From positions 32,324 to 96,323 of IMG/VR virus record IMGVR_UViG_3300039190_000120: a DNA stretch of 64,000 nt. One strand, 5' to 3'. Made by a program: the position numbers and the translations under genes. Numbering within the stretch: position 1 is the first letter of the stretch; every line of letters begins with the position of its first letter. The DNA comes from a virus. Of this stretch, positions 9,829 through 19,854 are shown piece after piece. The notes beneath the pieces were generated by a model. That model was not told the origin of the DNA. It made no database searches and was given only the letters and a program-made list of their open reading frames with translations.

Positions 9829-11040
9829 TTAGTGTTCCTTGAAGTGGGGATTCTCGTTACCTTTAGGTGGCTGATTGAAGGAGTCCTCTCCCTCTTCCTT
9901 ACCCTGCTGAGTGCGGCGGTTGAGGCGCTGGGGGTTGGCCTTCTCAAACCCCTCTGCTATCGGCAGATCACTCGTGTCAATCTGAGACTTGCGGACAACC
10001 GGTGCTTGCTGTGCCTGCTGCTGGGAAGGTAAGTTCCCTTCTTCCACACGAGGGGTCACACGGTTCAGAGGCTGCCGACGTCTCTTGTTGAGGTTCGCCT
10101 GTGCATCTTGTTGGCGTCTACTATTCACGGGCTCCTGTGGGCGCTCTTCCTGCGGGGCTCCACCGTTACGCTCCTGCAAGATCTTCTCTTGCTCTTCAAA
10201 GTAGGCCTGCTCCTCTTCCGTGTAGGGAGTTTCGGGATCGTCAAGACGGATAAACCTTCCTCCGTCCTCTTGGGGTTCCTGAGGTGGTGCTGGCTCGTCA
10301 GGTACCTGTGAGCTTTCGTGCTCTACACTGATCGAGCCTCCTTCCATTTCCCTTTCCGCTAAGGCCTGTCGAGCTTCCTCTTCTGTGAGTGACCCAAACA
10401 GGGACCCCCTCAGATCATTTTCACTAAGATCCTCGCTTGGTTCTTTGGCAACACCAAGCTCCTCTTCCTCAGGCTCAGCCTCTGCGGGATACAGCTCGTC
10501 CTCACGGCCCAGCTCTTTGTAAAGCTCTTCACGGCGCTTCTCAACACGACGTAGCTCTTCTTCCGGGTCACGGAACTTGATCTTCTCTGCGGCCTTTTCC
10601 TCCGACTCAGACAGCATATCTGCATACTTGTTATGGAGGGCGTCGATCACGGAGGGGTCCATATCGTAGAGGAGATGGCGCACAAAAACGTGCTTCTCCA
10701 TCTTGAGGGGAACACCTTCTTCATTGACCTCTCCGGTTTCGATATACTCGATGCCTCGAAAGTCAATATCACCGATACGCATAATGGCGTGAGTAAGAGG
10801 CTCTGCCTTACGGACTGCGAAGAAGTCCATCGTAGCGTCGATGGCAATCGACTCTGCCTCTTCCTCGTACTGATCCATGTAGGATGCGACGTACTGGTTG
10901 ACCAGCTTGTGTTCACCCTGTTTGAGGGTTCGCAGGTCGATCTCCATGCCGTGGATCTCGACGGTATCTTCTAGGATACCTAGATTTTGGAACTTGCTTA
11001 GGCCGTTTTTGATACGGTCAAAGGTAAGGACGTTACTCAT
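9829..11040 (-). CDS. Putative tail assembly chaperone with acidic disordered C-terminus
   Basis: EIDLRTLKQGE N-terminal domain; between tail tube and tape measure. Confidence 0.5.
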   Translation of the reverse strand: MSNVLTFDRIKNGLSKFQNLGILEDTVEIHGMEIDLRTLKQGEHKLVNQYVASYMDQYEEEAESIAIDATMDFFAVRKAEPLTHAIMRIGDIDFRGIEYIETGEVNEEGVPLKMEKHVFVRHLLYDMDPSVIDALHNKYADMLSESEEKAAEKIKFRDPEEELRRVEKRREELYKELGREDELYPAEAEPEEEELGVAKEPSEDLSENDLRGSLFGSLTEEEARQALAEREMEGGSISVEHESSQVPDEPAPPQEPQEDGGRFIRLDDPETPYTEEEQAYFEEQEKILQERNGGAPQEERPQEPVNSRRQQDAQANLNKRRRQPLNRVTPRVEEGNLPSQQQAQQAPVVRKSQIDTSDLPIAEGFEKANPQRLNRRTQQGKEEGEDSFNQPPKGNENPHFKEH

Positions 11041-11070
11041 TGGATTCCTCTACTCAAAGGGAGAATACTC

Positions 11071-11739
11071 TCACAGATAATCTTCGACGCCTTCAAACTG
11101 GCGGTCATACTCTTCGACGAGCTGCTTGAAAATGCCTAGCTCTTTCATGTTGGCGATCTTTTCGCCTTCATCGGAGTTAGGCCACTTGTACTCAGCACCA
11201 TGCAATAAAAGCTCATAACCGGCACCACCGGGGTCGAGGATATAAGGTCCCCACACCTCACTATAGCGGCGGGAGTGATAAGTGAGCCCTACCACCTTGT
11301 CAGTACGCCCAAGCGGGTCAATGGGACGGTTCTTGAAGACGCTTACTGTGATGCCCTCGTACACACCGAAAGCCGGAACATCGAGGTGATCTTGCCACGT
11401 CTGAATCACTGCATTGACGAGCTTACGCATCAAGTAGGGAGGGACGTAGTAATCATCACCATGAAAAGAAAACTTGACGCCCGACACTGAATACTCGAAC
11501 TTGGCACGTTGATAGTACCACGTGATGGCCCTCACAAAGATACCAGCACCCACTACAGTGACGCCTGCTGTTGACCAGACGAGGCCCGGATCGTTGAAAT
11601 CTAGGGCAGCCCAGATGGTGCACAGGATACCAATGATGGTAAAGGCTCCTGCCGTCCAGCTCATATTACGAGCGAACCGGAGGCGCTTGGCATCCTCATT
11701 GGGTACCGGATACTTGTCTGCGGTAAGTAGCTTCGACAT
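11071..11739 (-). CDS. Membrane protein (two N-terminal TM helices)
   Basis: Hydrophobic segments WTAGAFTIIGILCTIWAAL and LVWSTAGVTVVGAGIFVRAI. Confidence 0.7.
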   Translation of the reverse strand: MSKLLTADKYPVPNEDAKRLRFARNMSWTAGAFTIIGILCTIWAALDFNDPGLVWSTAGVTVVGAGIFVRAITWYYQRAKFEYSVSGVKFSFHGDDYYVPPYLMRKLVNAVIQTWQDHLDVPAFGVYEGITVSVFKNRPIDPLGRTDKVVGLTYHSRRYSEVWGPYILDPGGAGYELLLHGAEYKWPNSDEGEKIANMKELGIFKQLVEEYDRQFEGVEDYL

Positions 11740-14375
11740 TAGAGATCCTCGTCATTCAGATAGGTGGTGGCGACCTTGGAGGCAAGCGTTTTGAATCCCG
11801 TAGAGTCTGTGATTTCCGCCATATAGGCTTCGTGTTCCTTCACCATGCGCTCTAGGTGGGGATAGAACCACTCACGTAGCTGCGTGCTATTGATTCCATC
11901 ACCCGCTTCAAATGCGTGAGGTAGGATCTCTAGCATATCACTTCTATGCAACACATCACGTGAGGTATTGAGTAGGAACTCCAGACGCTCGACAGCCTTT
12001 TCCTTAGAGTAGTCAGAGTCTGGCAGCTTCGAGTCGTAGTTGCTGTGGCTGAACATGTGGGAGCCGTCATTAAACCTGACGGTAACACCGCCATGCGTGC
12101 TCAGCTCAACACCAACGACTTCGGCACCCCTCTGCGGAATACTCTCCAAAGAGGTGGTGATAGCGGCCTGCTTGTTGATCGAGCTATCACGGCCCTCGAA
12201 GTAGTTGTCCTTCTTGCAGCGAGGGGAGCCGGGTTTCTTGTATTTGCAGTTATGGGCAATCATTCCATTTGCCACAAAAGATACATCTTCGGGAACACTA
12301 ACGTCATACACATCAGTCTCCCCTTGAGCCTCTACCTGTGTGACTCTATCAAAGTAATACCCATGATTCATAAGCTCACGAATATTATCAACAACACCTT
12401 CGGTGCCTCTACAGGATTCTAAGGCGTCCCACTTGCGGAGTAGACGTGAGAGGCTCACCCTTTTGGTGCCGGGAAATGCTGACCTAACCTTGCTACCTAA
12501 TTTAAGAAGGGACTCAGCCGGGATCATCTCAAACTCGGACCCCCTCTGACGCTGGCGATCTCCAGATACGGCCACCTTCTTAAATGCCGTTCCTATCTGA
12601 TCTCGGTATTTCACCACCATAGGCTTACTGTGTACCCGGACATTAAAATAGCCACGAGCGTTACATTCGAGACTGGCAGGTATACCAAAGTTCAGTAGAA
12701 GCAGGTGTAGCTGACGGGCTAGAGGCTCAGAGGAGGTAGACAAGTCAACACGGTTCAGGTGGTCGGAGTCTCCAGTGTACCCATCACCCTCGACGAAACC
12801 TACCAAGAATTCCCTCACCATCTCACGAGGCGCTTCCATAATAATGGAAGGTACCTGCTTGTCGTGAGCTGTTCCCGGAGGTAGACCTAAAGCCTCAAAA
12901 AACTCTCTATACCAGCGTGTTCTGAGACGAACCTTCCCGCAATCTTTCCACCCTTCCTCGGACCTATCTCGCCACTCTACGATAGGCTCCTGTCCAAATA
13001 CCTCTTTTGAGCAGCGAACAAAATCCCTAATGAGTCGGGGATCGGTGTTGGAGAACTCCACACCTTCTTCCGTTACAGATCCTTCAGCAACTAAGTAGCC
13101 CAGCAATCTCGCTAGAGCAGGAGATAGTTCTCGTGGCTGCCTAAATGGAATGACATTGTTCCATGTGTTGGTTTCATACCCGATCTCAGGTAGTGTGGTA
13201 CGTGCTCCCCATACACCATGCGTAGGTAGCACTGCATAGCGTCCTAGAGCTTCCTGAGCCTCTACCCATTCCGTACTGTAATCATTCTCGTTAAGTACGA
13301 GGATCTGGTGGTCCGGGGTACAGGTGAGGGAATAACCATGTTTAGTGTTTACGGACACCGTGGACTTGGTACCTGTATAAATGATATGGCTAGAAGCGGC
13401 CTCTCCATATCGGGAGGCCAGTCTTACACGGGTTGGTTTAGCTTCTACCCCATCGGAGTGCATTACCTTTTGACCCGCAGCTTCGTTGTATAACTCCTCC
13501 ACACTTTTAAGTCCGTTCTGTGTAGGCACTAAGGTGTTGCCTGCCACACAGTAGCGGGACCAAGCGATAGCCCACGCCTTGTCCTCGTCCATCCCCTTGT
13601 CTTTGTGCTCTTTGACGTACCGCTCGACAGTCTTAGGAATGTCCTTTGCTCTCCGTGCCATACTAGCGGCACGGGAATCCTGAGAGAGGTAGGACGCCAG
13701 TAGACCGTTCATCTGGTCAGATCGGACTGCAATGTCCAACTGGAGATGATCGAGCAGAGCATCTAGGATCTGGAGTGCCTCATACTCTTTGACCACCAAA
13801 GCACGTTCCAACAAGCGGACCGCTTTGTCCTGAGCTTTGAGAGCACCACGTGAGGGGTCACGCTGGATACCCCCTACCATATCAGACAGGAGAGCAGTCA
13901 GGCGGCCTTCAGCTACCCCTCCAGTATCCACACCGTCAAGTACCTCGGAGGCTGCGGACTCCACAGAGCCGGTAGGCAGGCCGATCTTGAGGTACCCGAT
14001 TAGGGAGCGAATGAACTCGTGGGCGTCACGGTTGGAGAGGGAGGCATCATCATCCAGCTCTTCCCGCACCATCTGAGCCAGCTTCGTCTCGGCACGCTGC
14101 GGATCTTTGCTGGGAAAAGGGGAGAGTGCCTGCAGGATATAGCTCTTGATACCCTCGATCAGCTTCTTCTGGAAGCCATCGGACAGGTTAGGGAGGTAGG
14201 TAGCCCGGAGGTATCTAGAGGAGACCTTGGAGGCCAGAGCGCCTTCACGGCTTCCTGTCACGACGGAGGTGCCGTTCTCTTCCATGTAGTCGAGAAGACT
14301 ACGGATCGGAACCTTGAGGCCGGGCTCACGGGCTCCCATAGCAAGCAGGAGGCGTTTCAGATCGTCGGGATTCAT
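11739..14375 (-). CDS. Putative virion protein containing an intein
   Basis: 878 aa in the tail module; LASKVxxxYL motif near both ends; intein inserted at AWAIAWSRY/CKYK. Confidence 0.7.
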   Translation of the reverse strand: MNPDDLKRLLLAMGAREPGLKVPIRSLLDYMEENGTSVVTGSREGALASKVSSRYLRATYLPNLSDGFQKKLIEGIKSYILQALSPFPSKDPQRAETKLAQMVREELDDDASLSNRDAHEFIRSLIGYLKIGLPTGSVESAASEVLDGVDTGGVAEGRLTALLSDMVGGIQRDPSRGALKAQDKAVRLLERALVVKEYEALQILDALLDHLQLDIAVRSDQMNGLLASYLSQDSRAASMARRAKDIPKTVERYVKEHKDKGMDEDKAWAIAWSRYCVAGNTLVPTQNGLKSVEELYNEAAGQKVMHSDGVEAKPTRVRLASRYGEAASSHIIYTGTKSTVSVNTKHGYSLTCTPDHQILVLNENDYSTEWVEAQEALGRYAVLPTHGVWGARTTLPEIGYETNTWNNVIPFRQPRELSPALARLLGYLVAEGSVTEEGVEFSNTDPRLIRDFVRCSKEVFGQEPIVEWRDRSEEGWKDCGKVRLRTRWYREFFEALGLPPGTAHDKQVPSIIMEAPREMVREFLVGFVEGDGYTGDSDHLNRVDLSTSSEPLARQLHLLLLNFGIPASLECNARGYFNVRVHSKPMVVKYRDQIGTAFKKVAVSGDRQRQRGSEFEMIPAESLLKLGSKVRSAFPGTKRVSLSRLLRKWDALESCRGTEGVVDNIRELMNHGYYFDRVTQVEAQGETDVYDVSVPEDVSFVANGMIAHNCKYKKPGSPRCKKDNYFEGRDSSINKQAAITTSLESIPQRGAEVVGVELSTHGGVTVRFNDGSHMFSHSNYDSKLPDSDYSKEKAVERLEFLLNTSRDVLHRSDMLEILPHAFEAGDGINSTQLREWFYPHLERMVKEHEAYMAEITDSTGFKTLASKVATTYLNDEDL
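12249..13550 (-). mobile_element. Intein with LAGLIDADG homing endonuclease (434 aa)
   Basis: Starts CVAGNTLV, block B TCTPDHQIL, LLGYLVAEGS and FLVGFVEGDG, ends VYDVSV...FVANGMIAHN followed by Cys+1. Confidence 0.93.
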
Positions 14376-14394
14376 ACTCTAGACCTAGTGGTTA

Positions 14395-14430
14395 AGAAAA
14401 GGGGGAGAGGCCCTTAGAGAGCCCCTCCCC
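14395..14430 (-). terminator. Rho-independent terminator after tail tube
   Basis: GGGGAGGGGC/GCCTCTCCCC stem followed by CTTTTCTT on the minus strand. Confidence 0.75.
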
Positions 14431-14446
14431 GCTCATTGATCTCGGA

Positions 14447-15109
14447 TTAAGCGAGGCCAGTCGGTGCGCCCTGTCCGTTGGAATAACGGATCGAGCTGCT
14501 GGAATCCTCAAACGGGTTGTTACCCGTGCTGATGATCTCGCCGTAGGAGCTGGTACCGTCAATAATGTCAGTGACCTTGATACCTACGTTCTCTTGGACC
14601 AGTGCAGAGTCCGAAGAGTAGTCAGCACCCCAGCTTTCCATCCAGCACGCCTCGTAGAAGGTGAGGATGGCTTCATTCACGCCGTCAGACGACGGAGTAA
14701 CGAGCTTGGGGCTTACCGATTCGTTGGTAGCAATCCGGCTGAATACCAGCTCTTGCTTAATGTCGAAGGGCCAGCGGTGGTGCTTGAGCGAGCGCACAAG
14801 ACCGTCCGTACCGGCTTTGTATCCGAATACCTGCCAGATGTTGCTCAGGTACAGGAGGGTACGAGTGACGGAGATCGACATTGAAGGCGTGGTGCCGGGC
14901 ACCAGCTCTGCAATTTGATCACCATAGCCCATACCACGAACCTCTTCGATGGTACGGCTCTCACTCAGGCCAAAGGAACTGAGCACGCCAACCTGACTGA
15001 AAGCAGACTTGCCGGTCGGAACAGAAAAGACCTTGTTCTTCTGGCTTACCGCAATCCGGGTGTTGGGCGTGGTTCCACGGCGGTAGATGTAACTATCATT
15101 GTCTCGCAT
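14447..15109 (-). CDS. Tail tube protein
   Basis: QVGVLSSFGLSESRTIEEVRGMGYGDQIAELVPG, WPFDIKQE, FYEACWM...VQENVGIKVTDI; upstream of chaperones and tape measure. Confidence 0.75.
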   Translation of the reverse strand: MRDNDSYIYRRGTTPNTRIAVSQKNKVFSVPTGKSAFSQVGVLSSFGLSESRTIEEVRGMGYGDQIAELVPGTTPSMSISVTRTLLYLSNIWQVFGYKAGTDGLVRSLKHHRWPFDIKQELVFSRIATNESVSPKLVTPSSDGVNEAILTFYEACWMESWGADYSSDSALVQENVGIKVTDIIDGTSSYGEIISTGNNPFEDSSSSIRYSNGQGAPTGLA

Positions 15110-15147
15110 GGACAACCTCTCTAGGTTAAGTTAAGATCGGATCTTGA

Positions 15148-15717
15148 TTAAATGTCGAGGTCCATCAGGTCAGGGGCATCAACCCACTCACCATCATCCT
15201 CAAACGCCTCTTCAACGGTTTCTTCAACTTCCGCGTAATCCGACCAATTGGACTTCTTCTTGTTGCCACCACCCAGCATCATCTCTTGAACCACGTCGTG
15301 GTCCTTGTTGCGGAGGCGGGCTTCCCACTCACTACCGCTCGTGTTGTATTCCTCAGGCTCGTAGGTCGTCAGGTCCTTCATCTGCTGAAGCTCTTCTTCC
15401 CCGGCAGACTTCCGGCCAAAGTAGTAGGTCCCATTAGCGCTCTGGTCGCCGTAAATAGCGTCAACTTCGCGCTCGACAATCTCCAGAGACTGCATACTGG
15501 AACTCTCAGCCTCGACTAGCTTGGCAAGACGGTCGAGACGGCGGCACGTAGCTACCTTCTCCTCAGTGAGGTCGTTGCCTTCACCAAGCGTGTCAAGCAC
15601 TAGACGGCTGATCTTCTTGGCAATTCTAGCTTCTGTATCGGCCTTGAGTTGCTTCATATCTCGGAGATTTGTCTCAATCTCCTCGATCCATCGGCTGATT
15701 TTATTGAATTCACTCAT
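15148..15717 (-). CDS. Hypothetical protein (probably virion-associated)
   Basis: ATG at 15717 with GGAG RBS; coiled-coil N-terminus, IYGDQSANGTYYFG motif, acidic tail. Confidence 0.65.
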   Translation of the reverse strand: MSEFNKISRWIEEIETNLRDMKQLKADTEARIAKKISRLVLDTLGEGNDLTEEKVATCRRLDRLAKLVEAESSSMQSLEIVEREVDAIYGDQSANGTYYFGRKSAGEEELQQMKDLTTYEPEEYNTSGSEWEARLRNKDHDVVQEMMLGGGNKKKSNWSDYAEVEETVEEAFEDDGEWVDAPDLMDLDI

Positions 15718-15802
15718 TTGATCTCCAACTGTCTGGGGTCCTCTGGTCAATGCGGCCACCCAACAGTGACTATCAAAGGATTATTTGTGGGGAGGAGATC
15801 AC

Positions 15803-15835
15803 AAAAAAAGCCCCCCTGAGAAAACAGGAGGGCTA
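15803..15835 (-). terminator. Rho-independent terminator
   Basis: AGCCCTCCTG/CAGGGGGGCT stem plus T-run on the minus strand. Confidence 0.8.
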
Positions 15836-15860
15836 GGGTACATCTAAATGTGGAGGTGGG

Positions 15861-16418
15861 TTAGGAAGCGAGGCCCATCTGGTTCATGGCTTCCTTTCGC
15901 CACTCGGTACGAATGTCCCCGGACGCTGCACCTTGAGGACGCATAGGCACACCCAGCTCTTTGAGTGTCTTAGAGAGGGTCATCTCAGACACATCGGGAT
16001 ACACCTCTTGGAGTTCCGCCAGTGATAGGTCCTCTACCACATACAGACGAATAAGTCGCTCAGAGTCGACTTTCTCCATGAAAGGTACAGGCTCTTCGTA
16101 ATAGCCCAACTCTTCCATGATAGACTTGGCAACGTCCCAAGAACATTCAAGATGCTCAGAGAGGTCTTTGATGGTCATATCGGGTTCCTCTGCCAAGAGG
16201 CCCGCTGCCTTCTCCCGTCTCTGGGCATGTAGCTGCTGATGGACGGGAGGTTCTTGCCTCTCCAGTCCCATCTTTCGGACGTGATACCAGACTGTTTGTT
16301 TGGAGACGCCTTCCCCGATACGCTCCCCAATCTCACTCAGGCTCAGGTACTCTTCCCCCTTCCGATCGAAGAGTACCTTAATCTTCTGCTTGTCTTCGGT
16401 GCTCACTCGTTGTCCCAT
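15861..16418 (-). CDS. Multi-HTH DNA-binding protein
   Basis: Three HTH-like segments (LSLSEIGERIG..SKQTVWYHV; MTIKDLSEHLECSWDVA; LSLAELQEVY..SEMTLSKTL). Confidence 0.65.
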   Translation of the reverse strand: MGQRVSTEDKQKIKVLFDRKGEEYLSLSEIGERIGEGVSKQTVWYHVRKMGLERQEPPVHQQLHAQRREKAAGLLAEEPDMTIKDLSEHLECSWDVAKSIMEELGYYEEPVPFMEKVDSERLIRLYVVEDLSLAELQEVYPDVSEMTLSKTLKELGVPMRPQGAASGDIRTEWRKEAMNQMGLAS

Positions 16419-16517
16419 TGGTGCTCCTTATAGTGCTCACGTTACGACCTCCATGCCTTTGTCTACAATCGTGAGAAACTTGTCTATCTCCATAGATACC
16501 ACAAGAGAGGAAGTCCG

Positions 16518-17096
16518 TCAAAAGGGAAATTTATCTGCCAAGACGTGGCTTGGCGTCCTGTCACGCCAGTATCTGACCTTGATTTTATTCAGGCCGGAAC
16601 GGAAGTCAAAGTTGAGCGCCTCTGCACACCCCTTAGAGAGGTCCATCACGCCCCTCCACCGGCCCGGACTCTCGTCCACATACCGCTTAGGACCCCACCC
16701 ACCACCTTCTCTCTGCCGTACCAAGTATTGTCCCCCAGAGATGGGTACTTTGATGCCCCAGCCCCCTTCATGGAGGTTAGCTCCGTAGGGGCCACGGTCA
16801 TTAACCCGACAAAAAGCTCGGTTTCCGGTCTTCACAACTTCCACGAGGACCATTGTGTTGAGCGGGATACTTCGGGACGCACATGTACGCAGAGAGGGGT
16901 CAAATAGCTCCCCGGTTGCTGTACGACGTCCGTGCATTCCATTGTCCCCGGAACCTCCACCATACCACGAGGCCACCCCCGCCTGCTGGACAGGAGGGAC
17001 TTGGACGGAGGGGAGGTCAACAGGCTCACCGGCTTGGTAATGCGCAAACATTGCCGTGAGAACCATTAGTTTTACAACACTCATACGTATCACCAT
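16518..17096 (-). CDS. rlpA: RlpA-like (DPBB) lytic transglycosylase with N-terminal signal
   Basis: GVASWYG, HGRRTATGELFD, RVNDRGPY, MDLSKGCAEAL motifs. Confidence 0.85.
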   Translation of the reverse strand: MVIRMSVVKLMVLTAMFAHYQAGEPVDLPSVQVPPVQQAGVASWYGGGSGDNGMHGRRTATGELFDPSLRTCASRSIPLNTMVLVEVVKTGNRAFCRVNDRGPYGANLHEGGWGIKVPISGGQYLVRQREGGGWGPKRYVDESPGRWRGVMDLSKGCAEALNFDFRSGLNKIKVRYWRDRTPSHVLADKFPF

Positions 17097-17121
17097 GTAT
17101 CAAAGGTCATCTAACTAGGGT

Positions 17122-17150
17122 CACATACCCTAAGATCACGCCCGTGTCAA
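17122..17150 (-). promoter_or_regulatory. Sigma70-like promoter for rlpA-like gene
   Basis: TTGACA-17 bp-TATGTG, with TAGGG just before the -10 as in the early promoter family. Confidence 0.6.
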
Positions 17151-17199
17151 ATATCCTTTTGTAACGCTTAGAAGTACCTAACTTACACGAGGCACCCGA

Positions 17200-17403
17200 A
17201 TGTCCAAAAAAGCTCCCCTATGTCAGATCATCAAGCCTGCCCCTTGGCAGAGCAAACCTTCGGATACCTCAGAGGGGCTTTACTGGCGTCAAGACGAATT
17301 CCAGACCCCCATCTCAGAAGTCAGCGAGACAATAGCTAAAGAGGAGGCCCCCACCAAGGAAATAGACACGAGGCTGCCGATGCCACAGATAGAGGAGGAC
17401 TAG
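17200..17403 (+). CDS. Hypothetical protein
   Basis: 67-aa ORF, GAGG RBS, preceded by TATCCTTTTG motif. Confidence 0.5.
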   Translation: MSKKAPLCQIIKPAPWQSKPSDTSEGLYWRQDEFQTPISEVSETIAKEEAPTKEIDTRLPMPQIEED

Positions 17404-17488
17404 GGGAGTCCCGTATTCTGTTTATATATACCAACCTACAGCATGTAGGTATCTCTCACTATTTTGACGATCTTCGGCAGGTTTTGGC

Positions 17489-17924
17489 ATGGCATTCCCC
17501 CCAAACTCCCTGTTTATCAGGGTGCGGCATTTGAAAAATAATGCAGGGTCGCTGTACCTAAACGATCTGGACACCCAAGATAACAGGAACCAGCACCTCA
17601 AGATTCCTGTCTACGTGCCCTATGGTGCTACGGTCGACATTCCCCTGAATGATGCCGTGCTCATTTCGTACAAGCGCGGGTTGGATTGAGGTTAATAGTG
17701 TTGAGGTATCGGGAACTAGAATCCGTCACACTGCTGGAGACGCCACGGCCCAAATTAATCCGTGGTATGGATCAGTCACATGGAATCGGGTGATATTAGA
17801 TGTAGGTAGTAGCGATATTATCCGCATTGTGGTTGATATTGTGGATCACGGTGCTATTGAGACGGCCATTGAAACTGTGTCAGTGACCATCACAAACCTA
17901 GAGACCACCAACACGACGCCCTAA
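17489..17924 (+). pseudogene. Frameshifted / internally deleted remnant of a structural-like gene
   Basis: Two protein-like overlapping frames (17489-17689 and 17649-17924) joined near 17675. Confidence 0.4.
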
Positions 17925-18742
17925 AGCACCCCTTTGAGTGTCTCAATAATTTCCGCACTCCCCAATGCAGTATCGGAGCCCACCACGGCCCCGGAGGAGA
18001 TAGACCAGTCTCCTTCGGGGTCTACTTCATTGAGACGCCCTAGTACCCTCTCGGGGTCAAGATATGGGACGAGCCCGCTCTTCCTTCCTACCCTCACCTC
18101 TTCCTCTCGGAACCAGATCCCACACGTGTATCCCTCCTGATAAAGGAGATCCCACACGTAGTCTTCGGACTCGAATGCCACGAAAGGCCCCAGCTCGTCT
18201 AGAACAGTATACTCAGGATCGGGCATCTCTACAGGCGGTAGAATGCCGTCCTCTACATACCCAATGATCATCTGAGCACACTGCGAGATCGTCTTCAGGA
18301 TTTTTTCCACAGGGACTTGACTCCCTACGTACTGATCTGTAAGGTTCTTTAGCGTATACGTCAGCTCCATGTGTTCCAGTGGGATATGCCCAAAGGCCGG
18401 AGGCCCTAAGCGACTCACCAGATCAATGGAGCTGACTAGAGTCGTACAGCTAGGTTTGAGTACGATCCGTGGCTGGATGAAAATCGCAGCCGCCATCAAA
18501 GCATCGTACCTGCTCCAGTTGGTAAGTACCAGTACAGAAGGCATGTCTTGGCCCAACAACACACGCTCATGAAACAACCTCAAGGCACCGGGATCGAAGG
18601 GGGTAAACCCTTCACCATGATGCTCAAAGGCATAGAGACTCAGATCACGAGTCTCTTCGGGAGAGCACTGCGTTTCAAAGCAGATCACGCCCTCTTGGTA
18701 GCCGGTGAAACTTGGAAGAATACGAATCTGACGGTCAGACAT
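17921..18742 (-). CDS. Hypothetical protein, possible degenerate DHH-like phosphoesterase
   Basis: YAFEHHG and downstream D-A-hydrophobic motif; weak resemblance only. Confidence 0.45.
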   Translation of the reverse strand: MSDRQIRILPSFTGYQEGVICFETQCSPEETRDLSLYAFEHHGEGFTPFDPGALRLFHERVLLGQDMPSVLVLTNWSRYDALMAAAIFIQPRIVLKPSCTTLVSSIDLVSRLGPPAFGHIPLEHMELTYTLKNLTDQYVGSQVPVEKILKTISQCAQMIIGYVEDGILPPVEMPDPEYTVLDELGPFVAFESEDYVWDLLYQEGYTCGIWFREEEVRVGRKSGLVPYLDPERVLGRLNEVDPEGDWSISSGAVVGSDTALGSAEIIETLKGVL

Positions 18743-18875
18743 ATGGTTTGCTCCCTGACGTTTTCGACGGATGGGGGCGTAATTCATTTATATCCGCGAC
18801 GTATAGATGCTGTACCGATAACTAGATCGACGTGCAGACATAAACTGAGCGGAATCCGTCAATTAGGAGGTTGTC

Positions 18876-19823
18876 TTGAGTAAGAAGTGGACACAAGATC
18901 GAATCAAAGAAGCCCTCACCATTCTTAGCAAACACCATGAGTATAGTCAAGCTCTAGAAGAGATTGACGAGTCCTCTAACTCGCTTGGATCTGCCTTCCA
19001 GAGAGGTGGTCTCGAAGCGCCCACCACCTACCTCGCAGAGGATGAAAAGGAAGCGCTCTTCCGCCGCAACAGTCATTTGCCGGAAGGCCTGCGTAGCATC
19101 GTGGTGTTCAATGACGTGCACGTTCCCTTCCACAACAAAAACGGCGTGGAGGCTGTGCTCGACTTCTGCCGGGATAACCAACCGGACGTGATCGTGATCA
19201 ACGGGGACTTCCTCGATTGCTACTCGATCAGTGACTTCCACAAGGCTCCGGGAATGCCCGTTCTACAGGACGAGCTGGACGAGGGGCTGGAGATCTTGGA
19301 GAAGCTGCGGCGCTACTGCCCACTCTCAGAGATCTGGTACACAGAGGGCAACCACGAAGAACGCCTTCGCCGTCTGATCAAGCAGCAGCACGGGCTTTAC
19401 GGGCTCAAGGCCTTTACCCTCGAATCTCTGCTTGAATTCGACCGCCTCGGTATCAACTACAAGCAGTATGGTGACGTCGTTTGGTTTGGCGATCTCGCCA
19501 TCTACCACGGCACGCACATCAGTGGTCACGCTGCTTACTCGGCTCGACGTGAGCTGGAGCGTGGTGGCTTTAAGTATTGCATCACCGGCCACGTCCACCG
19601 TCTCGGGTTTCACCACCGCAAAGGCTACACGGGGAACCGGATGGCCCTTGAGAACGGCGGGCTCTTCGACATTGAGCAGTGTGACTACATGCTGAATCCG
19701 AACTGGATGAATGGCTTCTCCATCGTCTACCAAGACGTAGAAAAGGATTTCATTCAGATCAACCCGATCCCGATGGAGTATGACGGGACGTTCATCTGGA
19801 ACAACAAATGGTACGGCTGCTAA
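18876..19823 (+). CDS. Calcineurin-like metallophosphoesterase
   Basis: DVH, GDFLD, GNHE, HG, GHVH motifs in canonical order. Confidence 0.9.
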   Translation: MSKKWTQDRIKEALTILSKHHEYSQALEEIDESSNSLGSAFQRGGLEAPTTYLAEDEKEALFRRNSHLPEGLRSIVVFNDVHVPFHNKNGVEAVLDFCRDNQPDVIVINGDFLDCYSISDFHKAPGMPVLQDELDEGLEILEKLRRYCPLSEIWYTEGNHEERLRRLIKQQHGLYGLKAFTLESLLEFDRLGINYKQYGDVVWFGDLAIYHGTHISGHAAYSARRELERGGFKYCITGHVHRLGFHHRKGYTGNRMALENGGLFDIEQCDYMLNPNWMNGFSIVYQDVEKDFIQINPIPMEYDGTFIWNNKWYGC

Positions 19824-19854
19824 GGCCACCACCCACTACCAAGGATAAAGCACG

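Noticed and set aside
365-15721. Many short plus-strand ORFs in the structural module
   Set aside because: All lie antisense to long, motif-supported minus-strand genes.
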